Assembly (NCBI GenBank): GCA_036172245.1 | Contig: JAYWIR010000038.1 | Location: 372,001 to 436,000 of the forward strand | Direction of reading: 5' to 3' | Length of the DNA: 64,000 nt | From: Raillietiella orientalis | Lineage: Eukaryota | Part shown: in pieces, positions 1 to 13,340 of the stretch | Layout of the letters: every line of letters starts with the position of its first letter | Position numbering within the stretch: the stretch's first letter is position 1 | Made by a program: the position numbers and the translations under genes | The notes under the pieces: model-generated | The model's database searches: none | The model's input: only the letters and a program-made list of their open reading frames with translations | What the model was told of the DNA's origin: nothing

Positions 1-59
1 AAAGCACAGCCGCATGGACACAGATGGCCAAGAAAGCTCGAGCCCGAAGGAAAACTCGA

Positions 60-800
60 AGTGAAGGAACCCCCCGATGCCCCGGACGGCATCTCTGGTG
101 CCATCTGGCAAGAGAAGGCGCCCTCTGGTGCGTTCGGGATCCCCCAGGAAGCTCAGAGTTGTTCCCGGAACGCTATCCGAGCTCCTTGGTCAACACCAGC
201 GTCGCTCCGGACAACCTCATCCCTCCGCTCCCTTCCAGTGATGACGTTTTTGCTCGCTGGTGTTTGGAAATGGTTCGAATTCTACCACGGACGGGACGCG
301 CCCTCATTCTCATCTTTGTGGGAAGATGGCATGAGATTGGAGGGCTTCGCGGCAGATGGGGTTGCCGCCAGCTAAGCTGGACGCCTCCCAAGAGACGCAT
401 TCGTTTGTCGCTCGAGGTCAGTGCAGCCGAAGGGCTGTGATCCTTCCCGACCTCCCTGCGCCACAGCTGAACAGGGACACGGCGTCTTGTCTCCCGCCCG
501 GCAGGCACGAAACTTCGAACCGAAAAGACCAACGGATCGACGTGCAAGCAGCATCGCACTGGTGACTGCGTTCGCGAAGTGGGAAGCAGCTCCACTGCGT
601 CCCATGGCGACAGCCTCCCCGGTTTGTCCCGGATTCTTTCCAGAACAGCGAGGAGTTATTTACCGGTCCCACGACGGCGCGGCTCTCACACACAAGGCTG
701 GGACACACTCGAGGAGGACCCGTGTGCGTGCCATCCTGAAAGCAGAGGGTAAAGAATGGTGGATGTGGTTTCCCAGCCAACGCGCAGAGACTGAAATGCT
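60..800 (+). mobile_element. Heavily deleted non-LTR retrotransposon ORF2 relic (RT and post-RT region)
   Basis: Motif-like pieces in the expected order in different frames: PDAPDGISG (SPGPDG-like, ~75), SSDDVF (YADD-like, ~235), RIRLSLEV (LSLxGR-like, ~400), KNGGCGFP (GGLG-like, ~755). No intact ORF; boundaries approximate. Confidence 0.4.
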
Positions 801-3800
801 ACGGGAGGGGGGGGGGGGAGAACAAACATGGCGTCGTCGCGCGACCATCTTCAAGCTCGTTAGTTCAGCCCCCGAAGAGTCACGGAGCGATTCTGTCGCG
901 AGCGAGACACGGGTGCCCCCACCGGCTGCCGGGACAGGTGTCTGCGGCGCTCCCCCTCGGCACCCGGCAAAGGTGGCCGCCCGCAGAGAAACGAAAAACA
1001 TCCTCTCTGGAGCACACACTTGTTGTTGTTACTGCTGGGGCAGAGAGAGAGGTTGGCTTCATGGGTTCACGGGAGCGACCCCGGGAATCCCAGTGACACA
1101 AGCCGAGGTTCCGCGTTCGAGGAGATCCCAGCGGGAGCCCACGGGGACGGTCGCGAAACGGAGTCGGGCCCAGAGCGTTTCTGGAACGGGGGATCCCACG
1201 GGGCGGCACCGGAAGGCCAACAATGGGCAGGCGGAGCTAAATATAGATCTCGATCAATGGACGGCGGCCGGTTAACGGAATGTCGGAGGAGGCGGGCGAA
1301 GCTCCGCTCCGGTGTAAAAAGGAAATGGAGGCCTCTCCGCTCGACGGCGCTGCGCAAAAGCGCGTGGGGTGGTCGCCTGGCCCGCCGCCGCGCCGCGATC
1401 CCACCCCCAAGCTGGGACACGGGGGACGCCGGAATCGTACCACCCGCAAGCAAACCGGGGGAAGCCGATCTTGGACGCGGAACGGGAGGCGAAATGCCCA
1501 GGTGAGCAGAATCGCAGGGAGGTGGGGAGGGAACGAACTGCGTAAGCATGGAATCCATGAATGTAAAAAAGAAAGCTGACCTCGATATTCAAAAAGTGAA
1601 CGGTGGGAAAGATGCCGATGCGCCTTCATTCCAACGATTTTTTTTTTTTTTTTTTCCCCCCCTCACCACGTTTTTAGCCCAGTTTCCCAGAGGCTGATTA
1701 TCAAAGGGACCAAGGCGAATGCTACCTTGCCAGTCAGGCCGAAACATCCGCTACGTTCCGAGCCCAGCTTCTTCGTCCTGCATCTCGAATGATGGATTTT
1801 CATCAATTCGGAAACTCGGGAGGGTCCGTCGTGGCACGCTTTTTCCGTGATGCCGAATTCATTTGTGGCGTGATGCTGAGCTGCATCATTACCGACAGAT
1901 TTAGACGTGCTCCGTGCGGAGGGCCGTCTCTGCTTTCGTTTTCGGTCACCACTCGGAACGCCGCCGCGCGCGGTTCGCCGACGTTTTCGACGGACCCGGG
2001 GACGTGGAGGTGCAAGGAAGAAGACGGAGGTTGCTTTTTTCGGACGGGGGAAGGGAGAGGATGCGGGCGCTGAAAAGGAGAGGATGAGAAGGGACGACGG
2101 TGTGCAGCTCTGAGACGTCTCTCTCGGGGAACGGCGGCGAGGCAGCTCGCAGGAGCAGATCAAGGCAAGCCGCGGCTGCTGCCACTCTCAGGATAGGATA
2201 GCTTGAGAGCTTTGAAAAGCTCATCGGGGGGCCGCTGGTTTCTTGAACGCGAGATACGTGCAAGAAAGCAGCGGCCGCAGTGCCGGACCGGACCTCCGCA
2301 GGTGGACCGCGGTCCAGAAGCCGATGAGAGCGAGGCCGCAGAAACACGACACGACGGACGAAGCCATCCTTGCCGTAGCGAAGTTGATGGAATCGCACAG
2401 AAGAATCCTCGACTCCTTAAACATTCGTTTACGACACATTTGCTTGCTTACGAGAATACAGAGGGAAAAGAGAAACGGAGATACTTGGATAATGAAGGAG
2501 GGGGGGGGAGGGAAGGAAACCCTGCTGCGAGGGGAAGAATGTTTTCTGAGTCTTTGCACGTGGTCCGCTTTTAACTTAGAGAAACGCTGGAGGAGAAAAT
2601 CGATCACCAAATAAAAAGGCGATAAAATGAACCACGGCACTGGCAGGAGCCGTTTCCAGTTTTAAAGACGCCGATTCTTGACCCGTCCTGGGGGGCACGT
2701 GCAGGCTCACATCGTTTGCACACAGACTGGCAGACCTGAATGGATCGTGTCAGAGTCAGCAGCGCCGCTCAGGTGACCAGGTCGACAGCTCGTTGCTTGT
2801 TTTTCGTCGCGTTTCCCTCGGCCGGTGTGGCCCCCTCCTCTCCGCACACGCGGGCGATAAATTCGTTCGCAAAGAAGGCGGGCGGTGGTGATAAAACGCC
2901 AGCAGGAAGGCGCCAACGCATCCGAATTTCCCTCCTATTGAAGCGCGGAATGGTGATTACAGGCGCTTCTCGTAGATACCTCGCAGGGTTCCTCAGTCGT
3001 TAGAAACGGTCGTTCGGCTGTTTCCCCGGTCACGACGTCTGGGCAGAGCACCATCGCTAATGAATGCGGTTTGTAGAAAACTAGCTGGGCGAACGGTCCG
3101 CGGAGCACGGAGGATGTCCGTGTCCGAAAGCGCCGCCGCCGAGATTGGGGCAGCAGCTCGCTTCCTCTTCCAAAAGGGACCCGGCAAAGGGCCAACAGAC
3201 TTTCCGAAAATTGAACCCTTAATGGGCTTCAGGCGAGGGTCAAGGAAGCGGCGCTCTGCTTCCATCCACGTCAACAAACTCTTTAAATTCTCACGGGAAA
3301 AGTGAAACTGTGATGCATGGGCAAACAAGACGTGAGGGGCGAGCGAGATTAGCAAGGCGGCCAAGGCGTGAGATTCCGCTCATCCGCCGATTCTCAGCGC
3401 GGTGGCGCGCGCGCGCGCGCTGATAGATTTCTTTCGAGGATGCATCAGGATCTCTGCTCCAGACTTCCGCGTCTTCCCGCGGCCGCCGCAGCAGGAAGGC
3501 AGAGAGGAGCACGTGCCCATCGACCCGTCCAAGAAGGGAGTTCCCATTCCGTCCGGTTTGCTTTCACTGGTACGGCCTCAAAAAAAAAAAAAATCCTTCC
3601 GTGCGACTTTTCAAAGAAACCGTTTGAACAGACGAAGAGAGGAAAAAAGGCAAGAGGGGAGGAGGGGGACAATAGCTTGGAACCGTCGTCAAGTAACCAG
3701 GCGAGAAGATCCGTCTCGCTGCTGCCACGCCTCGCCGAGTCCCGGTTCCCCACATCCATACCGTGGACAGAGCTCTTACTACTCCTTTTGCCCCGCGGGA

Positions 3801-4599
3801 GGCTTCGGAAGGAAAAGCGAGCGAGCGCTTCCTGGCGCGCCGCAGTCTGCCAGAGCCACGCTGCGCCACCTGCCGAGCCGCCTCTTTCCCTGTGCGGCTG
3901 CGCCTCCTCCCGCAGAGCCGGACGTCTCTGCGCCTCTGCGGAAAACGACGCGTCGTTTCGGAACACGAATTCTCTACGACACAGGGCGCGCCAGTACGGC
4001 GCCTCCTGTCCGAGGTCCCGGGCGGCGGAACGAGCGCAACCGTCGCGCGTTGCCGTCATCATTTCGTCGGGAAGGAGGTCTGGGTCGGATGACGAGCGGA
4101 CGAGGTCCGAAGGAAACCAGCCGGAGGGAAGCTGCTTCTCGCCTCCCGATCCTCCGCAAAACACGGGAGAGAGAAAGGAATCAAGTAGGGAACCTTTCCT
4201 TCCGCGTGTGGATTCCATCTTGGACAGCGCCGAGGTCACTTGGTCTGCGAATCCGAGCTCCGCAGCCACCTTACGCGAGACGAAGGGCTGCCTCAATTGC
4301 CTTCCGGAGGCAGCTCCGGGAGCACCGCCGGCACACCCTTGGCAACCGCTGCCCTCGCCCCCCTTACGCACGCGCTTATACCCGCCGCTCCCGGTAGAGG
4401 AACTCTTTCGGGAGCATCTCGAAAGAGCTCCTCGAAGGAAGCGAACCCGCTTCCTGCTCGGAGAAGAAGAGCCGACTCGTCGACCTCAGCAGAGGAAGAG
4501 AAGGATGGGAAAAATCCTACCTACCTCTCCAAAGGGTTGCCTCTAAGACCCCGAAGTTCTGTGGACTGCTTGACGAACTGAGCAACCAGGACGAGGTCA

Positions 4600-7500
4600 C
4601 TGGACACTTTCAGACGGCAACTCGAAAAAAAAATAAAGAGAATGGACAGCCCCCTGGGTCAAGAGAAAGGAAGGGCTGGCTGATGGTTTTGTCCACCGCC
4701 TCTCCTCGCATCCGTTGTCGCGGGAACCCATCAAAGGCCCGCCACCGCGAGGGGTCGAAGTCCACAAGTCAAGTGGGAGAAGGACGAGATGCACGCCGCA
4801 GGGACGGCGATGGTCTCTCGGCGGAAAAAGACACACGTGGGCTCAGGAAACTCAGGTCGACTCTTAGTGCAAGGAGAAGCAGCGCGGGGGCCGAGGTCTG
4901 CGAGGCGACCCATGGCGTTGGGACCGCGTCCCTTTTCTGCGAGAAAAGGGACGAGGCCGCGGTGTTTGCACAACGCTAAGAAAAACGCCGGCGAGCGGAA
5001 GTCGCTTCCCCTCTGTGAGGACGGACGAAGATCGTCTGTCCCGGAGGGCCGACCGCGGTGGACCAAGTTCTCCCCAGCAGTTCTCGCTGGTGCCCCCCTT
5101 CCCGAACCTTCCTCCGCTAGTCGCCTACGGAAGAGGGGGAGGGGTTCCAGAATCCTCTTCGTCCACATTTCGGACCGGCGGGGCGACGAGCAGGGGAGAG
5201 CGCCTAGCCTACAGCAGCGGGAATGGACTGGCTGTGGATCAAAGCGATGAGGTGGCCGCCTGAAAAGCAAAGCGTAACTAGGAGGACCGAAGCGGCGCTC
5301 ATAGGGGAAACAAGGTCGAGGGCGGAAGATCACTTGGGTATGGGGTCGTCCACAAGAAAGCGAACGTCTCCCCGTTCGACGACGGGGAGTTGCGGACGGC
5401 GGGCTTTGAACCCACTCCTCTTCCCTCTCCGGTTCGCTACCACGCGACGCCCGTGCCATGGCCTCACCGCCATCGTGCATCGTTGGCGGTTTCGCTCTAC
5501 CAGGGGCATCCAATGTGGCTCCCCTCAGTCGATCCGGAGGCTGCTGCTTTCTTCGCGCGTCGTCGGGAGCCACGTCGAGCTGACGCATCCAGAATGCTGG
5601 AAACTAACGGGAGCCGCACCTTATCTGCAACTGGCCTCATTGGGCGCTCTCAACCTTGCCTTCTGGCGTTCTCAAAAGAAACGAAGAAAGTAAATGGATC
5701 TCGACGTTCTGGGTCGACCGTACAACTGAACATCTCCGTATCCAGGCAGCGGCATCCTCGCTCTTGCCCTTCACTCAAGTCTCCTTCGACTCCCGGTAGT
5801 CCGACCTCCTGCAACCATTAGGGCTGGTTGAGAAACAGGAACGCAGGCCACCGTTCCACTTCCGCCGTCCACGCTCGCGGTCATCCTGGAAGGCATCCTT
5901 CCTCCTCTCTTGGCGGCGACCCTCGAGTACCCGGTCTCCCGCGGCGGGGTGACGGGGAAAGCAGCCGGGTAGAAGAGCCTTTTACCTGCTTCCGTGGTCG
6001 GGGCACGCGGGAGCGCCCAGCGCGCGTCTCGCAGCGCCACCCGAGATGACCGTCGAGAGCCGGCCTCGCGTATTTCAAGTTTCCTTGGGGGAGAGACCGC
6101 CGCCGCGTCTGAGGTGCGGAGGGGACGCTGCCAGGGTGCATCCCCGCATCCCTGCCGCTGGAAAGCATTCAAGATGGAGTTGTTCCCAGGGGCAGGAGAA
6201 GGACAGGGGCCGGTCACCTCCAGGGCTCTCCTGGCCCGGAGCTACCGGCTTCCTGCAGCGCGCGCAGGCGGTGACACCTGGGAGCCTCTGAGATGGCAGA
6301 GGAGGTGAGAGGTGAACAGGGTCCGGGGCGGGGACCACCTGCCCTGTGCCCCCAAGGCTGTCCTGCTCTCCCGCGCGCTAGAAAGGTGGCTCGACCTTCC
6401 CGACATCTCTTGTGGGAGCGACCCCGACTGTCCACCCTCCTGGAACGGGGGACGCCGCGTTCCACGACGGAGCCTGCAGAGGAAGGGAGGGTAGGAAGCC
6501 AGGGGTCACCAGCCACCCGCGCCCTTTCGCGGTTCCAGGAGATGCCGCATCAGCGCTCTTATCGCCCCTCACCAGAGGTGCCGCGCCCCGCCTCAGTACA
6601 AGTCCCGGGTGAGGAAGCGACGTCACTGGAAGGGCGGCGACGAGATCGCGGGCAGAGGAGCGACGCGCCTGCCTGCGGCCGACGAGGTCAGCGTGCCCTC
6701 TGGCATCAGATGACCCTCCGGAAACTCAATGGCGCCTCGAGGACCTGCCTGCGGAAGAGGCGACTTCGGTCTTCCGAAGGAGGCCGGAGTCCCCTGCGAA
6801 GGCGGCGGCTCTTCGCAGGGGACTCTGTGCCTTAGGTGCCGAGTCCGGAAGGACCCGAAGGCGACGACTGCCCAGGTGGCTGGCACCCCTGCGAGACGGG
6901 TCCACGAGGCTCCGTCCTTCCCGATCGCGAGGAAGCATCGCATCTTCCCGTCTTTCCAGACGCTGTTGGCTGAGGCGTTGCTCCGTCCGAGCGCCGTTCC
7001 CTTGGGCACTCCTGCGGGACTCCGCCGCGGATGGACCGACCCTCGCTCCGGCCGGCCAGCGAGGTTGGTGGGCTCACAGTGCCTTCTTTTCTTTCAAGTT
7101 TTCTTGAAGGAGGTGGAAAAAGACCCTTCCCCTCCCCGTGTTCTGCTCTTTGACTGCTCTCACCTGGTGATCGCGCGCCCTCCTGGCGACGAGGTCGCTG
7201 ATGACAGAGGCGATGTATCTCGCCTCGGGTTCCTCGCAGGCGCTGCTGACACGAGCAGCAGAACCGCGCGTGCGCTCCCCGGCGAGCAGACGCGAGCGGG
7301 GACGCGCCCCCCCCCTTGACCTGCTGGAAGGAGGTGGAACGGAGTTGTTGCAGCATCTCGCGGCACCACGGAAGACCAAGTGGTCCAGTGCTGCCGGGGA
7401 ACCCGCAGGCCGCCCACCCCCTCCGGCAAAGGGGCAGCCGGAGCGCGACAGGACGCGAGGGTCCTTTGGCGTGGGTGCGGGGGGTCGGATACGTGGTCCC

Positions 7501-9900
7501 GCGCCTGACTGTCGTGCATCTCGCCTGGTCAGGCCGGCTCCGTTGCGCGGACTCGCCATCCTCAGCAGTCGGAGGTCACCGCGCAAGGGAGAGGTGATCC
7601 CGGGGGCAGGGCCGAAGAACATCCCAGAGTGCGCACCCGACTCCTGGGCGCACGCTCGATGCGTGTTACCTCCCTGTGCACCGCGTGGTGTCCAGCACTC
7701 ATCTGTGCACGAGCTGCACACCGGTGTGCGTTCCGAATATCCTTCCTGCTCACGAGCGGATGAGTCCCGATGAGCAAGCGCCACCTTCCTAAAAGCGATC
7801 GGCCGCCTTGTGCCCTGCTCCGCACGACCCTTCCGTCTAGTGGAGGCGGTGACTTCAGCCACAGCCCTGCTTTTGCCGCCGCCGTCTGCTGCACGTCTTT
7901 GGCACGCGCCGCGTCTCGGTTCAGCGCGGAGCTAAGTGCCCGAGGCGACCGTTTTCTTTCCTCCTCACTGCAAGATGGCCGCCAAAACCTGGAAAAGAAT
8001 GCGCCGCTTCGAATCCAAGTGCGTGCCGCCTCCACAGAGATGCTGCAGCCCAGCTATCTATTGCACTTCGATACCCAAGAGACCTCTTTAAGAAAGGAGG
8101 TCACGTGCACCTCCGGTGTGCACTCGCATGCCGGGGAGTGTCACAATGCTTCGGTGTCGCCTTGGAGGGTGTGGCGACCGGGCCGCCATGGCGAGGGTCG
8201 CCTTCCGGCTCGAGAACACGCGGGTGGGACAGGAGAGGGGAAGCAGCCCCCGCTGCCCCGCTCGTCCTTCGACAAGGCCCTCAGCCGGGCATCCCGAATG
8301 GGGAGAGGCAAACGCGCGTCCTTTCAGAGGAGGCTCTGTGCCCCGATGAAGGGCTGCTTCAGGGCAAGCAAGCGCACTGAGGGTGTGAGATCCACCCTCA
8401 GGGGATGGAGGGAAGACGAGATCCCCTCCTGTCCCCCCCTCTGCTCAGGCGCGGGGAAGAACCGCCTGCGGTGGTGCCATCTGCAGGGCAGTCCCTGAGA
8501 CGGGCGGCGGCGGTGGCAGTCAACCAGGCTCTCCCAGGGGATTTCCTTCGCCTGCCGCGAGTTTCCCCCTCCTCCACACTCCCTCTCGAACAAGTGGCCA
8601 GGAGGGTGCAGAGGTGCTCCGCACGAACTGAAAATTCCCCTCGCTCACGGCTCCCCCCTCCTGGATGACCTCGCATTCTGAATGACCCCTGACCCCTGCC
8701 TTCCCCAGAAGGACTCCCCAGACCATCTCCCGAAATCAGAGGACCCGTTCGGTCCCGGAGGAGGCATTCCTGCAAGTGGCAACGCACGAGCAAACAACGC
8801 GAGTGGTCTCCCGGACGCCTTGCGCAGCCAGCTGTGTTCTTTGATGCAGCCCGGCCTTCGGTCGATCGACAGCGGGCAAGAGGGTTTCATCCTGTCTTCT
8901 CGCTCCCCTTGTCCCTCACCTCGCACTCCAATCCTCTCCCTGAGGAACGTACCTCCCTCCGTCCTCCCTCTGGAAGCAACCGCGAGCGCCTCTAGCGGGG
9001 AAACTCGGAACCGCCCTCGGCGACTCGTCCGAGTCCGGCGAACGCACGCCAGGAGTCTAAGGGAGGAGGGGGCGAGCAGCGCGGACCGGCAGGGAGGAGC
9101 TGGAGGGCACTTATACCCCAACGCCTCCCCGGCACAGGTCCGCGGGAGAGGAAGCGCTTCCACCGCACCGGGACGGGCGTCCCAGATCCCGAACGCGGGA
9201 CGCTCGCGCCGGGATGTGCGTCTCGAGCGAAAAGATGAGCGACCAGAAACCGTCGGAGCGCGGCGCGCATGACGAGGAGTGCCGTCCTTCCGAGACCAAG
9301 ACCCCCGTCGCCGAGGAGACGGTGGCGGTCTCTGGCAACGGGGGGCAGCTGGCAGCCGCCCCCCCCCCCTCCCGCGAGAAGCGCACGGCGACGACCCGAC
9401 CCGACCGGGGACGTCCTGCCTGCTGTACGGAACCCGGCCGTAAGGCCTCGCCTCTCCTCCGCTCGCCGCCCCCAAGAGCCCGGCGGGGAGGAGGAGTGGC
9501 GCCGTCATCTTTGGCTCGACGTGCAGGCGGTTCCAAGGCTTCTCTCCCACTCCTCACAGAGCATTCCCAGCGGGCGGCCTCTAAACGCGGACTCTCCACG
9601 GGAAGTCCACGCTCTGCGCCTTCCTCGGAAGGAGCGCAGGAGAGTCACCGGAGCATCTTTCGAGCAGCCTCCTGCAGGAGAGTCCGAGCTGCTGAGACGG
9701 CAGCCGCCCCGAGGTTGCGCAGGAATTCCGCCCAGTGCGCTCGAACCGCTCCGATCCCGGCAACGGCCGGAGGGCTGCAGAGAGGTCGCTCGGATGGCAA
9801 CCCCTCCTCCTTCCCTTCTTCTGTGGTGATGCACCCGCGTCCTCCCTCAGGATAACGGAGGCGTCAGGCATCGGGTGGGTGGCGTCCACCTCGAGAAACT
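4600..9900 (-). mobile_element. Degenerate L1/Tx1-like LINE, ORF2 through 3' UTR
   Basis: Minus-strand relics in RT order: SPRNGAGLT (~7550), RPAGSPAALDHLVF (RPISLL..DYK-like, ~7400), GGVPQECP (GVxQG motif, ~7010). LGALPCS (~5200) matches GLPCN in the 24.4-kb copy, followed by a pyrimidine/T-rich tail at ~4620-4680. Upstream limit uncertain. Confidence 0.55.
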
Positions 9901-10119
9901 CCTGGGTCGGCCAGGCTGAAGACCGACCGATTGACCTCACTTTTTTCTTTAAGCTTTTTTTTGGAGGGGGAGTTTTTTTCTTTGGTTTTTTTTTGGGTAG
10001 TGAGGCAGGTCAAAGGGAGAATCCGCGCTCCGCCCTCTGATCTGCTTCATCATCAGGTCGTCGTGCCTCCTGGAGACGAGACAGGAGATGGCAGATGAGA
10101 TGCCGCACGTCTTCAGAGT

Positions 10120-10560
10120 CTACGCCCCTCGTCCTCTGTGTGAGACGCTACCCACCTCTTTCTGCGCGAGCCCACCCCGTGGGAGGCTGTCCCGCCGTCT
10201 CCTTCAAGGAGGCCGCACGACGGGGAGGTTGACCCTGCTGCTCTTGCCCCTTCGGCTGCGTCACGGGGTCCGCTGACGGCAGCGGTCGCGGCCGCGTGCG
10301 TTGGCACCGCCTCCACGCGTGGAGGAGCGCCAGCTCGAAACACCTCCCCCGAGGGCGACGCGGTCTGCAGGGAGCTCCGGAGCACACCCCATTCTGCCAC
10401 GTTCGGCATGGTTCGGGGATTGCACTGTGGCAAACGACCACGAGGACGCGCCAAGTGGCAAACGAGGACGAATAAGCACCTCCTTCACGACGTGGCAAAC
10501 GACCAGCGCATTTTCTCTGGAGTATGGCAAAGGAGGACGAGGGAGCGCCAGTGGCAGAGT
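10120..10560. repeat. Dispersed repeat, copy 1 (probably LINE ORF1 region), paralogous to 12907-13340
   Basis: Direct similarity by eye, e.g. CCTCGTCCTCTGTGTGAGACGCTACCCACCTC vs CCTCGTCTTCTGTGTGGGGCGCTGCCCACCTC; minus-strand peptides LPRPPLPYSRENALVVCHV vs LPRPPLQYSREDALVVCYV. Confidence 0.8.
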
Positions 10561-12906
10561 TTCTTGTGCTCTTCGCAGGCCCTTCTGGCGCAGGTGGTCG
10601 GTTGAGGCGATTATCACGATGCCCTCGAGGCATGGGAAGGAAAGGCATGCGGACAGAAATTCCTTCGCTGCATCAAGGGACGCTCCCGGGAGTTTAAGGA
10701 AGGGGAATGGGCTCCAGACATCGAGGAGAAGGGAAGACTGTGCTCCTGTTGGGAAGAACAAATAGTTCGCGACCTCTGGAAAGAGGGGCTGCAGACGCAG
10801 TTGGCACGCAGCTTCTCTGCTGCGGCCCTCATGACCGTCCGTTTGACCAGGATCACAGCAGTGACCTCAGCGGGAGGACGCCTCGTGCGTCCGCCACCGA
10901 CTTCCACGCAGAGAGGAACACGATGGTCATCCGAGCGTTCACAGAAGTGCTAAGGGCAACCACCGTTGCGACCGGGACTTTCGTGGATGCGGGACACCAG
11001 CCCCCCGGACTTTGAGACGGTCGCCGAGGGATCCCCTCCGGCTGCAGGGCGGTCGGAGGTTCTCAAGTGAGGGATAGGAGCAACGGTGGCTCCAAGGGCA
11101 TCCACCTGCGAAGAACACCGCTGCTTTTGGAGAACACCACCATCCGGTTCTCTCGCCAGGCAACTGGGTCCAGTCGCGTCCCCTTCAAACGTAGCGCAGT
11201 TGCAGGGTGACTGCTTTCGAGGTTGGCGGGGTGGGAGGGGGGAGTGCAGGCAGCTCGCTTCTTGCGCCTATTTGGGCGTGGGTCCAGTCTGGACGAGTGT
11301 TTCGTTGATGAGTCGCCCTGGCGTCAACCGCGGCAGTTCATCTCCCCCTCCGTGCAGCAGCTTCCGAGGTGTTGCTCACCTGCGCGCCGCGACCTGCTCT
11401 CTCCCGCCCCTTTGAGCTTCGGGCCTCTCGCACTGCTTCTCGGACCCCTCCGGGAGGAACGCTCGACCGACCGGAGTGGAGAGATGACCATCCACGACCA
11501 CCCCCGAGCAGTAATCCGTCAAGGCCTGAGGTTTTCCATCTCATAAGGTCCCGCGGGGACCTCCCCCGCGGTGCGCTGCGCGTCCGTGCTCTTAGGGGGT
11601 CACCCTAGGACAGAGCAGGTCCTGGGACGCGCTCGGGAGGAAGGAGAAGAGGATGAAAGAGAAAGACGAAGGATGAACGGCTGCCCGACCCTCCGAAGGG
11701 AGGGGGAGATCTGTCGCTAGGGAACCCCGGCGTCTCAGAGAATGCGACTCGGGCTGACCGCCGCTGCTCCAGGACGGGAGATTTTCGCACGCAGGAAGTC
11801 GCCCGACCCTCGTCGAAGAGGCGCTGAAGACTCCCGTCCTGCATTCCTCCGCCGCGCTCCGTTCCCCCCAAGACCACTCTGAATTCGTCCGGAACTGGCG
11901 GTCGCAAGGACGCCAGCGATCTCTCCTGTTCGCTTGTTTCCGCCGACGTTGGCGTTCTTTCCCCTCCCCTCCGTCCCCCCAAGGGAGCAGTGCACGTCTT
12001 CACACTCTGGAGAGGTATCCATCCACCAACTACATGATGCGGGATGCAGGGGTCCCCCTGAGGAGAGTGGGTGGGAGAACGGCTCTATTTGCACAACAGG
12101 AAGGGAACCCAAAGGGTTCCGTGACTCCCGGAAGGATCCCGAATGGTCAGCTTCCAATCCTAGCCACTCATCGGAGGCATCGAGGGGTTCCAGGCTTCCA
12201 CCCGTGCCGCACCCGAAGCCAACTAGCGGTATCTTGCCCGGGGGAGGGAACTTGAAACCCGCGGCGCACCCTCCATTTTTCTGGGGGTCGATCCTTCCCC
12301 GCGCGGGACTCGAACCTGCGACGCGCGGTGCCACGAGCGGAGGTCGCAGCCATGCGGCCTCCAGCGCCTGGGTGCCGTGTGCTGCGGTCTGGAGGACACC
12401 CCTTTCCTCTCCTCCCGAGCTGGGTCCGGACGACTCCGGAGTGTTTCCGAAAAGATGCCTCCGGGATCCACTCTCGTGAGGGGGGACCTGGAGCAGGAGG
12501 CTGTCTCGGGCATTCCCTGCCTCCGAGGGATCGCGACACCCGATCATTTCCTTCTCCGTAGGTGGACGCCTGCCAAAGGAGGTGACAGCAAGGAGCAGAC
12601 GGAGGCAAACGCAGTGACCGGGTGTCCGGCCAAGAAGAGCGGAGGAGGTTTCGTCTCCAACCCGCACCCCCATCGCGTCTTTGATGAGGCAGCAGCAACA
12701 GTAGCCGACCCTTCGCGGACTGCGCGGAATGGGACGCCGCGAGGGGTCGCCGTCCGCCCTTGAGCGCGTGAAGAAGACGACCTCTGCGCAGTCCACCTGC
12801 ACGGCGTGATTTCCCGGGCCGTTTTCTGGAGGTTCCCACAACAAGCATTCCAGAACGAATAGGAAATTGTGACCCTGGAGGCTCTCGAGAAGACACCACC
12901 AATTTC

Positions 12907-13340
12907 CACGCGCCTCGTCTTCTGTGTGGGGCGCTGCCCACCTCTTCTTGAGAGAACCCGCCCCGGGAATACCGTCCCGTCATTCCCTCTAAGAAGGAGG
13001 TCGCGACGGAGTGGTCGATCCTGCCATCTCTCGCCCCGCTGACGGCAGTGGTCACCGAATTGCGGGCGGCAGCACCGCCCCGGCGCGCGGAGGGGCGCCG
13101 ACTCGAGACGCCTCTCCCGAGGGTGACGCGATCCGCAAGCACCTCTGGCGCTCACCTCACTCAGCCACGTTCGGGGCACGGTTCGGGGGTTGCACTGTAG
13201 CAAACAACCACCGGGGCGCGATTCCTCCAAAAAGTGGTAAAGGAAGCATCTGCTTAGCAACGTAGCAAACGACCAGGGCATCCTCTCTGGAGTATTGCAA
13301 AGGAGGACGAGGTAGCATGCTCCTTTCACAATGTGGCAAA
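12907..13340. repeat. Dispersed repeat, copy 2, paralogous to 10120-10560 (same orientation)
   Basis: Colinear diverged match to 10120-10560, including the GT(G/A)GCAAAC motif cluster. Confidence 0.8.

Noticed and set aside
3368..4546. 392-aa ORF with overlapping long ORFs
   Set aside because: Low-complexity composition crossing homopolymer and (CG)n runs; not gene-like.
5388..5470. Second B-box-like string (GTGGGTTCAAAGCCC, minus strand)
   Set aside because: No cloverleaf or A-box; it lies inside a LINE ORF2 relic.
10427..10560. CRISPR-like repeat/spacer pattern
   Set aside because: Repeats are only 8-11 nt and degenerate, spacing is irregular, spacers are shared with a paralogous repeat, there are no cas genes and the context is eukaryotic.
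12290..12360. tRNA T-arm/B-box-like GCAGGTTCGAGTCCCGC on the minus strand
   Set aside because: No acceptor, D or anticodon arms can be built, and the segment is an inverted paralog of repeat sequence near 16200 where the motif is not kept.
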